A stretch of 16,376 nt of DNA, taken from assembly GCA_045106895.1 (NCBI GenBank), contig JBGCFM010000216.1, positions 1 to 16,376 on the forward strand, written 5' to 3'. The stretch comes from Polyangiales bacterium (GTDB lineage: Bacteria; Myxococcota_A; Polyangia; Polyangiales; Houyiibacteriaceae). The notes beneath the pieces were generated by a model, which was not told the origin of the DNA, did not search any database, and saw only the letters and a list, made by a program, of their open reading frames with translations. The position numbers were made by a program, and so were the translations under genes. Positions 1 to 7,073 of the stretch are shown here, piece by piece (position 1 is the first letter of the stretch; every line of letters begins with the position of its first letter).

Positions 1-1
1 C

Positions 2-361
2 CTTTGCGCCCACCTCAGTGAGACCTTGGGCACGCCCTTGTGTCTCGACCTGGAGTTCTTCGACGGCAAATGCGAAATCCCGATGGGGTGGTGCTATTCG
101 GCCGCCCCAACGCCAAACACGATTCCAGGCTTCTCGATCTCCGTGGTCCTCTCGGTGAACACCCACCGCCGTGAGACAAATCCACTCGCCGCGACAGCTA
201 AGATCTTTTTCTACTTGGGCGACGAAAGGATCACCTTTCCGCAGCGAGACTACGTCTGGTGCTCCTTCGAGGCCGTAGAGAGCGATGGCACGATCGAGGA
301 TCCGAAGTGGCACTTCCACGGTTGGCAGCAGGATGTCTACGAAGAATACGTGAGTTGGTAA
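2..361 (+). CDS. Hypothetical protein, 5'-truncated by window edge (possibly immunity-like)
   Basis: Frame is open from base 2 (LCAHLSETLGTPL...) to TAA at 359-361. The composition is protein-like, aromatic and acidic (..WHFHGWQQDVYEEYVSW). No family recognised. Confidence 0.65.
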   Translation, partial: LCAHLSETLGTPLCLDLEFFDGKCEIPMGWCYSAAPTPNTIPGFSISVVLSVNTHRRETNPLAATAKIFFYLGDERITFPQRDYVWCSFEAVESDGTIEDPKWHFHGWQQDVYEEYVSW

Positions 362-456
362 GCGCTTCGCGTTCCGCGTCCAAGCATGCGCTTTGTCTCA
401 CGACTCTAGGTGCCGTCGCCGACGGGATGGGCGTTCCGGACCGCCGAGGGACGCGT

Positions 457-807
457 TCATTCACGCTCGTCGGTGGAGCGTAGAAAGCTGCAGAGCCAAT
501 CCAGTGACGCGTCCTGAGTCGCGCTTCGCACATCCCGCAGAGCTTGCACAAGGGGGGCGTCGAAGAGTTCGCTTCTTGGCGTTTCGCCGCTTCTGCGAGC
601 CAGGTCTTCGTACGCGCGTGCGAAAAGAATGGCGCTCTTCGGGTTGTCGAGGATCACCGCTCTGAAGATGGGAACGAGGTGCACGCCGCTCCTCAGGTCG
701 TGTTCGCCTGACCCCAGCGCAGTCCATAGTTCTTGCGCGAACTTGAGGTTTTTGGGCTCATCCTTGGCACGTTTTTGGAGCGTTGCGATCCGTGCTTGGT
801 GTTCCAT
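457..807 (-). CDS. Hypothetical helical protein (~116 aa)
   Basis: Part of ORF 457..954. The section from ATG 807 (MEHQARIATLQKRAKDEPKNLKFAQELW...) reads as an amphipathic helical protein. The longer start would overlap the divergent gene at 930. No family recognised. Confidence 0.6.
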   Translation of the reverse strand: MEHQARIATLQKRAKDEPKNLKFAQELWTALGSGEHDLRSGVHLVPIFRAVILDNPKSAILFARAYEDLARRSGETPRSELFDAPLVQALRDVRSATQDASLDWLCSFLRSTDERE

Positions 808-929
808 CCAGGGCGAAAGCCGCCGGAACTTTGATGCGTCAAACACTCTCGGGACTATAACATTCGGCCTGGGCTCATCCGTAGACACGTTCGTCGATCG
901 TGATCCCGCTGGTAGTCTGTCCTTAGCCA

Positions 930-1589
930 ATGCTCCTAAGAGCGATCCCAACATACTTGAACGTGCTGGACTATGAGCGTTCCTTCCGGAGTCAGTTCCT
1001 ATTTGAAATGGACTACCTGAACGCGTTCCTTTCTCGCAAAATACGTCCGCTGAAGTTCAAAACCGATGGGTTCTTTCAGATCTGTATCGAGGGGTGCCAC
1101 GAGCCGGGGCCTTGCCGAATCGCCAATCGTTCAGCCGTGGTTCCGATCCACTTTGATCGTGCAAGCTATGAGCTGTTGAGCGTTGGCGAGCGCCATGCGT
1201 TTCGGGCGAAAATGGCCATCGATGGAGTGAACAAGTGCCGCGACGCGTTCGATGTCCCCGCCGACCAGATCCTTGCCTTCGTCCAAGAGTTCGTCGACGG
1301 CGGCTACGTCAATCGCTGGGTACATCGGCGCCGGCGGCTAAGGCCGGGCCTTTGGGCCACCCTCACGTGTGAGATTGACCCCGAGCGCTTTTGCCTTCGT
1401 CTTGAACTCTCGAATAAGTCAGGAGCGTTCTTTGAGGAAGAGGTTCTTGAAACACTTCCAGACGCCTTGATCTACAAACATCGTTTCGCGGGCGTATCTC
1501 TGGATGGCAACAAGGTCGAGGTCGTCGACAAATTCGGTGAACCTATCTACGAGACAACGATTCGAGAAGTCCGAAGCACCAACAGATGA
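930..1589 (+). CDS. Hypothetical protein, probable polymorphic-toxin immunity-type protein (219 aa)
   Basis: Long ORF in locally low-GC DNA, with an ATGA stop/start overlap to the downstream YrhB-like gene. The sequence (FLSRKIRPLKFKTDGF..., FVDGGYVNRWVH..., ETLPD) resembles, from memory, uncharacterised proteins found in toxin/immunity loci. Function is inferred mainly from context. Confidence 0.7.
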   Translation: MLLRAIPTYLNVLDYERSFRSQFLFEMDYLNAFLSRKIRPLKFKTDGFFQICIEGCHEPGPCRIANRSAVVPIHFDRASYELLSVGERHAFRAKMAIDGVNKCRDAFDVPADQILAFVQEFVDGGYVNRWVHRRRRLRPGLWATLTCEIDPERFCLRLELSNKSGAFFEEEVLETLPDALIYKHRFAGVSLDGNKVEVVDKFGEPIYETTIREVRSTNR

Positions 1590-1903
1590 TCACGAGACTC
1601 GAGGCCGATGCAATAGCCGCGCTATTCGCCGCCCAGACAGCGCGCGACGACGAACTCGTCGCTGTTCTCGACGATGAACGCGCGTTGGAGGGGGGATGGT
1701 TGTACTACGTTCAGACGAAACGCTTCGTCGAAACGGGAGACGAGATGTATGTCTTGGTCGGCTCCGGGCCCTTCCTAGTCCTCGCCGAGTGCGGCGGAAT
1801 CCACCACTTCGGCACGGGCCAACCCGTGGAGTTCTACCTCTCTGACTTGGATAGCCGCGCGCCGATCTATCTTGCGCGCGAGGACGCGGCATCCAGTGAC
1901 TGA
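1586..1903 (+). CDS. YrhB-domain / Imm35-type immunity protein
   Basis: Family-typical pattern: MIT..EA..IA, GWLYYVQTKRFVETGD, LVGSGPFLV, G.IHHFGTGQPVEFYL. ATG overlaps the upstream TGA (ATGA at 1586-1589). Confidence 0.8.
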   Translation: MITRLEADAIAALFAAQTARDDELVAVLDDERALEGGWLYYVQTKRFVETGDEMYVLVGSGPFLVLAECGGIHHFGTGQPVEFYLSDLDSRAPIYLAREDAASSD

Positions 1904-2377
1904 GACTCACACCAGCAAGTTGGCATAGAGCTCGCCGAGAGCTTGCTCCTCTCCCTCCGGTTCCGCGCGAACAACGCCGAGTTCATACTGGTGGTCGCTG
2001 ACTACGGAGCTTTTCCGCCGTCGCGAAACCGGGTCAGCCGGACGTTTGCAAAGCTCATGTTTCGCGGCGTCACCGGCTTTGCGCGTGAGGCAGGACAAGG
2101 CGGAATGCGGCTGCCGTTCGTCTCTTCCTACGACGCGGCGCGCTCAAGTTCATTTCTCGTCCAGGACGCCTGCTTCGGGCGGCGCGGTGAGCTGCAGCAT
2201 GTCGACCTATGGTTCGACTCCATGCTGGGCGGTGTCTCGTTCCGCTTCGCGTCCATGGACACATCCACTCGGAATGGCACTGCCTCGAAGAAGAGCGGGG
2301 ACACATATTTCTACTCCGACACAAGCACGGGCGCGCCGTTCGAGTTTGAGCACCCGTTCCGAAACCACCTCGACTAG
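1896..2377 (+). CDS. Hypothetical protein, probably frameshifted near its 5' end (intact frame 1904/1943..2377)
   Basis: The main frame is open from 1904 to TAG 2375-2377 but has only a TTG (1943) near its 5' end. A GTG at 1896 with GAGGA at 1880-1884 lies in another frame. Adding one base around 1912 joins them (MTETHT-QQVGIELAESLLLSLRF...). Confidence 0.55.
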
Positions 2378-2391
2378 GTCGCCCGCGCGGC

Positions 2392-2877
2392 TCAATCGTC
2401 GTTGGCGACGTCGGGACCGTGCCAGTAGCCCGTCATCAACGCCGAAGACCACGCAGGCTGCCTCACTTCCCCGCGCGGCAAGAACTCCTTCATCACGGGT
2501 TTGACGTCGAGTACCGGCGTCCCCTCGATGGCGTCCAGTCCGCGCACATGGATCTTTCGACCTTCGACGCCGAGGAGCTGGCAAACCGTGACGCCAAGGC
2601 GGTTGGGGCGTTTGCTTCCGCGCTGGGCGAAGATGCCTACGAGGGGCCAATCCGTGTTGCCTCGGGGATGCCGCGCGCCGGTGTTGACCTGCTCGTCGCT
2701 CAAGGTGTGAAAGCGGAAGATGACCTCGATGTGCGAGAAGCTCTCAAGACTCGCGATGGCCTCGACGCCGAAGCGTTCGTGGAGCTCGATGCTCGCCGTC
2801 TCTTCGTCCCAGCCATCGTCGCGTCGCGTGCTCCGACCGCCGCGAACATGTCCAATCGCTTCGATTCCTACTTCCAT
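2392..2877 (-). CDS. tsaA: TsaA/TrmO (YaeB)-family SAM-binding methyltransferase, short single-domain form
   Basis: Motifs AIGHV, LESFSHIEVIFRFH, GIFAQRGSKRPNRLG, VRGLDAIEGTPVLDVKP. Start is either ATG 2877 or GTG 2886. Confidence 0.9.
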   Translation of the reverse strand: MEVGIEAIGHVRGGRSTRRDDGWDEETASIELHERFGVEAIASLESFSHIEVIFRFHTLSDEQVNTGARHPRGNTDWPLVGIFAQRGSKRPNRLGVTVCQLLGVEGRKIHVRGLDAIEGTPVLDVKPVMKEFLPRGEVRQPAWSSALMTGYWHGPDVANDD

Positions 2878-2883
2878 AGGTTC

Positions 2884-2911
2884 CACGTACTGGCGCTCGT
2901 CGGTGTGTCAA
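2884..2911 (-). promoter_or_regulatory. Candidate sigma70-type promoter for the tsaA-like gene
   Basis: Minus strand: perfect TTGACA (2911-2906), 16-nt spacer, weak -10 TACGTG (2889-2884), then 6 nt to ATG 2877. Confidence 0.35.
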
Positions 2912-2941
2912 TAGTCGCGCTATACGAAGAGCGTCGGGTGA

Positions 2942-3124
2942 GAGCTGGGCTACCTGCGCGTGCCGAAGTAAGGAGAGCCAAACCGGGTAGGCGCCATTCA
3001 CGCTGGAAACGGTCCCATCGTCATAATGGAGAAGGCTCGGCAGTTCCATCGCCTCGGGAGCGCCAAGGACCTCGAAGAAGAGCTCGCAGATTTCGAGGCG
3101 CGCATCGGCTTCAATAGCGAATAG
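2942..3124 (+). pseudogene. Degraded C-terminal remnant of a second YrhB/Imm35-like gene
   Basis: Manual translation gives ELGYLRVPK*GEPNRVGAIHAGNGPIVIMEKARQFHRLGSAKDLEEELADFEARIGFNSE*. AGNGPIVI...FHRLGSAKDLEEEL parallels VGSGPFLV...IHHFGTGQPVEFYL of the 1586..1903 gene. There are in-frame stops at 2939-2941 and 2969-2971 and no intact N-terminus. Confidence 0.55.
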
Positions 3125-3190
3125 CGACGAGCGCGCATCGCGCCGCGTCCCGCTCTTGGCAGCAGCCCCCTTTTTCCGTTATCCGAGTGC

Positions 3191-4396
3191 GTGGCTTTTG
3201 ATCGGATCCGGTGCGAGCGTTGCGGCAGCAGCATCGACTCGGCGCTCCTCGCGCAGGCGGGTCGTCTCACTTGCCCCTCCTGCCGCCACGACGGACCTCT
3301 TCCGCCAACCCAGGCCCGGGCGGTGAAGGGCTACTTTCTCCGCTTGGCACGAGCGACGCAGCGCATGCGCGTCGCGCTTCGCATTCAGCACCTTGCGAAG
3401 ATGATGGCGCAGCCCGGATGCCTTGGCATCGGTTGTTTGGGTGCGCTGGCGGGTGTCGCCGTCGCTGGCCTGGGTGTGTTGCTAGTATCCGGCATCCTCG
3501 ACAACACTCCGGCCACGGCGCCAGACACCGAGCGTATGCTCGCTGGAGTTTGGTTCATGGGCGGCTTGCTCGTGGCGCTCGTCGCGGGGCTCATGGTCCC
3601 GGTCAGCGTCTTTGGTTGGGGCTTTCGCCGCGCGACGTTCAGCGCCCGCGCCCAAGCGCTGGAGGTTCCCCTGAACTTCCAAAGTCAGTGCCGTGGCTGC
3701 ACGGCACCGGTGCCTCTGCCCATCTGGCAAGGCGCCTCGCCGCTGCCGTGTCCTTACTGCCGGACGCCGCTCGTCCCCGACGCACCGACGCGGGAGCGCC
3801 TCGCGAAGGCACGCGACGCGGAGGGACGGGCCATCGGCGAACAAGCGATGGCCCGCTTCGAACAGTCCATCGCGGCGCTCTCGGGGTCCCACGACAAACA
3901 TGTTCGCGACCGTCCTCAGAAGCCCAACGGAAAACTCACGGCTTCGGCGGATGGCATCTGGGAAGCCGAGGAAGGTCCCGTGTCCATGTGGTCGACGACG
4001 GAGATGTACCCCGGCCGACTCTTGATGTCCTTTGAAGTGAGCGCGGAGCTTCCTGTGCTGGGAACGCTGTGGATCGTTCCGACGAAAGCGCCCGAGCGTC
4101 ACCGGGAGATCGCTCCTTCTCGCGGGTTCCCGATCCCGGACCAGCAAGCCAAATCTCCTTTCAAGAAGCACACGGTTTGGACCGACGGAGACCTCGCGAC
4201 GGACTTCGTCCAACAGCCCCGCTTCGTCGAACTCGTTCGGAGCCTTGGCGCGAATGAGTCTCTTCGCATCGACCCCGGAGGCGTCTCCTTCTGGGACATC
4301 GGCCGCTCGGGCTTCCGCGCGCGCAACTGGCTCTACAACCGCTGGGCCCGAAAGCGTTCTGAACTCACCACGGACCTCGTCGCGTTCTTCGGATAG
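3191..4396 (+). CDS. Membrane protein with two zinc-ribbon (CxxC..CxxC) motifs, function unknown
   Basis: CERC/CPSC at the N-terminus, two hydrophobic segments (LGIGCLGALAGVAVAGLGVLLVSGIL; VWFMGGLLVALVAGLMVPVSVFGW), then CRGC/CPYC and a soluble C-terminal region. GTG start. Confidence 0.8.
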   Translation: MAFDRIRCERCGSSIDSALLAQAGRLTCPSCRHDGPLPPTQARAVKGYFLRLARATQRMRVALRIQHLAKMMAQPGCLGIGCLGALAGVAVAGLGVLLVSGILDNTPATAPDTERMLAGVWFMGGLLVALVAGLMVPVSVFGWGFRRATFSARAQALEVPLNFQSQCRGCTAPVPLPIWQGASPLPCPYCRTPLVPDAPTRERLAKARDAEGRAIGEQAMARFEQSIAALSGSHDKHVRDRPQKPNGKLTASADGIWEAEEGPVSMWSTTEMYPGRLLMSFEVSAELPVLGTLWIVPTKAPERHREIAPSRGFPIPDQQAKSPFKKHTVWTDGDLATDFVQQPRFVELVRSLGANESLRIDPGGVSFWDIGRSGFRARNWLYNRWARKRSELTTDLVAFFG

Positions 4397-4407
4397 TCGG
4401 ACTCTAC

Positions 4408-5871
4408 TCAACCCGGGCGTTCTACGAGCCGAAGTTTCATTCCGCCCTTTGGGCGAAGAGTCACTTGTGGCAGGAGTTCGGGGGGCTCATCACTGAGCGC
4501 CTCGATTCGAAAGCGCGAGAGGATGGCCGAGAGAACTAGCTTCGCTTCCATCATGGCGAAGTGGTTGCCGATGCAGATTCGTGGGCCGGCTCCAAAAGGA
4601 AGGTAGAGGAACCGGCTCGGGTCTTTGCCTTCGAAGCGCGAAGGATCGAAGCGAGCCGGTTGCTCCCAGTGGTCACGGTGTCGATGCATCAGCCACGGAC
4701 TGATGACGACGACGCTGCGCGCGGGTATGTGGTAGCCGCCTAAGGTTTCATCCGTGATGGGTGAACGCGCCATGACATAGGCAGGCGGAAAGAGCCGCAT
4801 CGATTCCTTGAGAACCTGCTCCATGAACGGCATCTGCTGGGTCTGGTTGGCGGGCGTGAGTCCTCGCCCACGCGCTTCTTCGAGCTCGGAAACGACCTGC
4901 GCCTGCGTCTCCGGATGACGCGCCAAGAGATGCATCGTCCAGCTGAGCAGGTTCGCCGTCGTCTCGTGCCCGGCGAGGAAAACGGTCATCACTTCATCGC
5001 GTAGCTGCTCATCCGTCATCTTTGCGCCGGTGTCTGCGTCTCGCGCTGCCATCCAAGCTCCGAGCAGGTCGTCCTTCGGAGGTTGCTTCCGTCTGGCTTC
5101 GATGGCGTCAAAAACAACATCGTCGAGCGCAAGGACCGCAGCTTCAAGACGACGGTTCTGAGGCGTAGGAATCGAGAGGGGGACTTGAACCACTGCGTTG
5201 AGGCGACGGTCGACTTCGGCGAGAACGAAGGTGATGGCATCGCGCAGGCGGTGGGCGACCTGGCCGACGTCGATGCTGAGCATCGTCTGAGCGATGACTT
5301 GCAGGGTGAGCTCCATGAGGTCTGCGTGCAGGTCACGCACGCCTGGCCGCCAAGACTCCACCGATGCTCTCGCAATCTCATCCATCGATCGCGCAAACCC
5401 ATCGATGCGTGCGCGCCCGAACACAGGCTGGGCGATTCGCCGCTGACTAAGCCAAGAGTCGCCTTGGTTCGTCAGGAGGCCCGTTCCAGCCACCAGTCGA
5501 ATGCTGTAGGCGGAGCGAAACTCTTTGTTGAAGCGTTTGCGATGCGAAAGCACCTCCTGAACCAACTCCGGTGAGCTGATCAAGTGAAAGGTGAGCGCGC
5601 CGAACTGGAGACGCACGATCGGTCCATGACGGTATGCCAGCCGCTCAAACTCTGCGAGTAGCTCCGTCGGTGAGAGCAACGCTGTCTTGATATGGCCCAA
5701 CACCGGGAGAGCTCCCGGCGGCGACGGCGCCGCGTTCGAGAGCGGATAGCTCCACCGGAAGTGGCGCGGCGAAATCGGCTCAAGGTCCGCGGGTATGCGT
5801 GCGCCGCGGAAACGGGCACGCAAGCGATCCCTGCGTTGCTTTCTTTTGACGCGCATTCCCAGTCCTGGCAT
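4408..5871 (-). CDS. Cytochrome P450
   Basis: I-helix AGHETT, K-helix ESMR, PARFDPSRF, heme-binding FGAGPRICIG, N-terminal PPGALPVLG. Start uncertain (ATG at 5916, 5871 or 5856). 5871 is favoured because TAGAAT lies 5 nt upstream. Confidence 0.96.
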   Translation of the reverse strand: MPGLGMRVKRKQRRDRLRARFRGARIPADLEPISPRHFRWSYPLSNAAPSPPGALPVLGHIKTALLSPTELLAEFERLAYRHGPIVRLQFGALTFHLISSPELVQEVLSHRKRFNKEFRSAYSIRLVAGTGLLTNQGDSWLSQRRIAQPVFGRARIDGFARSMDEIARASVESWRPGVRDLHADLMELTLQVIAQTMLSIDVGQVAHRLRDAITFVLAEVDRRLNAVVQVPLSIPTPQNRRLEAAVLALDDVVFDAIEARRKQPPKDDLLGAWMAARDADTGAKMTDEQLRDEVMTVFLAGHETTANLLSWTMHLLARHPETQAQVVSELEEARGRGLTPANQTQQMPFMEQVLKESMRLFPPAYVMARSPITDETLGGYHIPARSVVVISPWLMHRHRDHWEQPARFDPSRFEGKDPSRFLYLPFGAGPRICIGNHFAMMEAKLVLSAILSRFRIEALSDEPPELLPQVTLRPKGGMKLRLVERPG

Positions 5872-5928
5872 TCCAGATTCTAGGGTCACTTGCTTTGGGA
5901 CACCAGCGGCGCCCATACACCGCGCGAC

Positions 5929-6957
5929 TCAAGCGGGAGACGTCAATCGCATGGTCACGGCGCTTGGGTTCGCTTCGTTGGCGGCCATGCGAAGGGCGGC
6001 GAAGAGCATCGAGTCTTTGTGGACCCCGATCTCCACCATCGCTGGACTCCGCACCTCGACGAAGTCCGTGTCGCTCACGGTGAATCCGACCTCCGTGCAC
6101 GGCGCCTGCGCAACATCGTGGAGGAGAAGTCTTCGGCCGAAGCCGATGCGCCCATCGATGAGCTCCATGACGGTCTTGGCGCAGCCTTCTGGAAAGTGCA
6201 CCGCTACTCCGTTCGCGAGCTTCTCCCAGCGAAGTCCGGCGACGAGCGCAGCGCCGGCGGAAGAACCTTCACGTGCACGGCCGGCATCGACGCCGGCGCG
6301 GATGACGGGGTCGCGGGACCAGGTCCCTCTCGCCACATCGGTGCTAAGTGTTGGTGTTCGCTCGGCGACGAGACTCATCAGCCCCGCCGGCGACCATGCT
6401 TGGCCGAGGTCCAGTTCGTCGGCGTGGAGCCCGTACACGCGCCGTACGCTCTGCATCAAAGGGTCGTCGACGACGGCGATGGCTTGGAGCGGAGAGTCCG
6501 GCATCGTGCCTTTGTGTTCCGGGGCCATCGCTGTTCGGGTGATGGATTCGCCAAAGGGCATCACCTCGCCGGCCCGAAGCTCGCGGCCCGAGGTGATCTG
6601 ATAGCGGGCGAGGGCGCGGAGAAAGAACATGGGCCACCGGGGTCCATCGGCGGACCCGTCGCTGGCGACGCGGATGCTCATCTCGTGTCCAAAGGAAGCC
6701 GCAGGATCGATGAACTGGGACAATCCGTAGGTCACCGAAAGCACGTCCCCGTTGGCGCAACGCCCCTGCGCCACGCTCCACACCGGCGGACCGCCGCTGC
6801 CGAAGGTGAGTACCCGCCGTGGGTCGATGCCGTGGAGGATGCTCTCGAGGGGACAACCCGCAGCGACGGCCAAGGCATGGTCGAGCTGCGAGACGGCCTC
6901 GCTCTTTACCTCTCGTGGGTCCCCGCGCAGGGCAAAATCCGTTTGAAACGTGCTCAT
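5929..6957 (-). CDS. Suppressor-of-fused (SUFU) domain protein with SUFU C-terminal-like extension
   Basis: SUFU motifs VTYGLSQ, FGHEMSIRV, PRWPMFFLRALARY..TSG, YGLHADEL...QAWS..G, followed by TDVARG, VDAGRAREGSS and IDGRIGFGR. Confidence 0.85.
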   Translation of the reverse strand: MSTFQTDFALRGDPREVKSEAVSQLDHALAVAAGCPLESILHGIDPRRVLTFGSGGPPVWSVAQGRCANGDVLSVTYGLSQFIDPAASFGHEMSIRVASDGSADGPRWPMFFLRALARYQITSGRELRAGEVMPFGESITRTAMAPEHKGTMPDSPLQAIAVVDDPLMQSVRRVYGLHADELDLGQAWSPAGLMSLVAERTPTLSTDVARGTWSRDPVIRAGVDAGRAREGSSAGAALVAGLRWEKLANGVAVHFPEGCAKTVMELIDGRIGFGRRLLLHDVAQAPCTEVGFTVSDTDFVEVRSPAMVEIGVHKDSMLFAALRMAANEANPSAVTMRLTSPA

Positions 6958-7073
6958 GGGCCAGCCTACGCCAATGCGCGCAGGAAGCTTCCTACACGTC
7001 GAACGCCGAGGTACGAAACGGGCCTTCCGTTTGCTCGTTTCCTTGAGGCGAAACCCGTGACAGAGTTTCGCCT

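Noticed and set aside
830..843. FNR/CRP binding site
   Set aside because: Half-site spacing is 2 nt too short for TTGAT-N4-ATCAA. Kept only as an unassigned palindrome.
1901..1947. Selenocysteine readthrough of the TGA with a SECIS-like hairpin
   Set aside because: The TGA falls after the end of the YrhB domain, not at a redox Cys position. The hairpin does not clearly match a bacterial SECIS, and a 1-nt frameshift is a simpler explanation.
362..3190. Integron cassette array (attC sites) explaining the small ORFs
   Set aside because: No RYYYAAC...GTTRRRY-bounded palindromes between the genes. Orientations are mixed and some genes overlap, unlike cassettes.
3482..4411. 309-aa minus-strand ORF, and similar ones at 2419..3117, 8955..9731 and 12401..13417
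   Set aside because: Each lies antisense to a better-supported gene and has no recognisable motifs.
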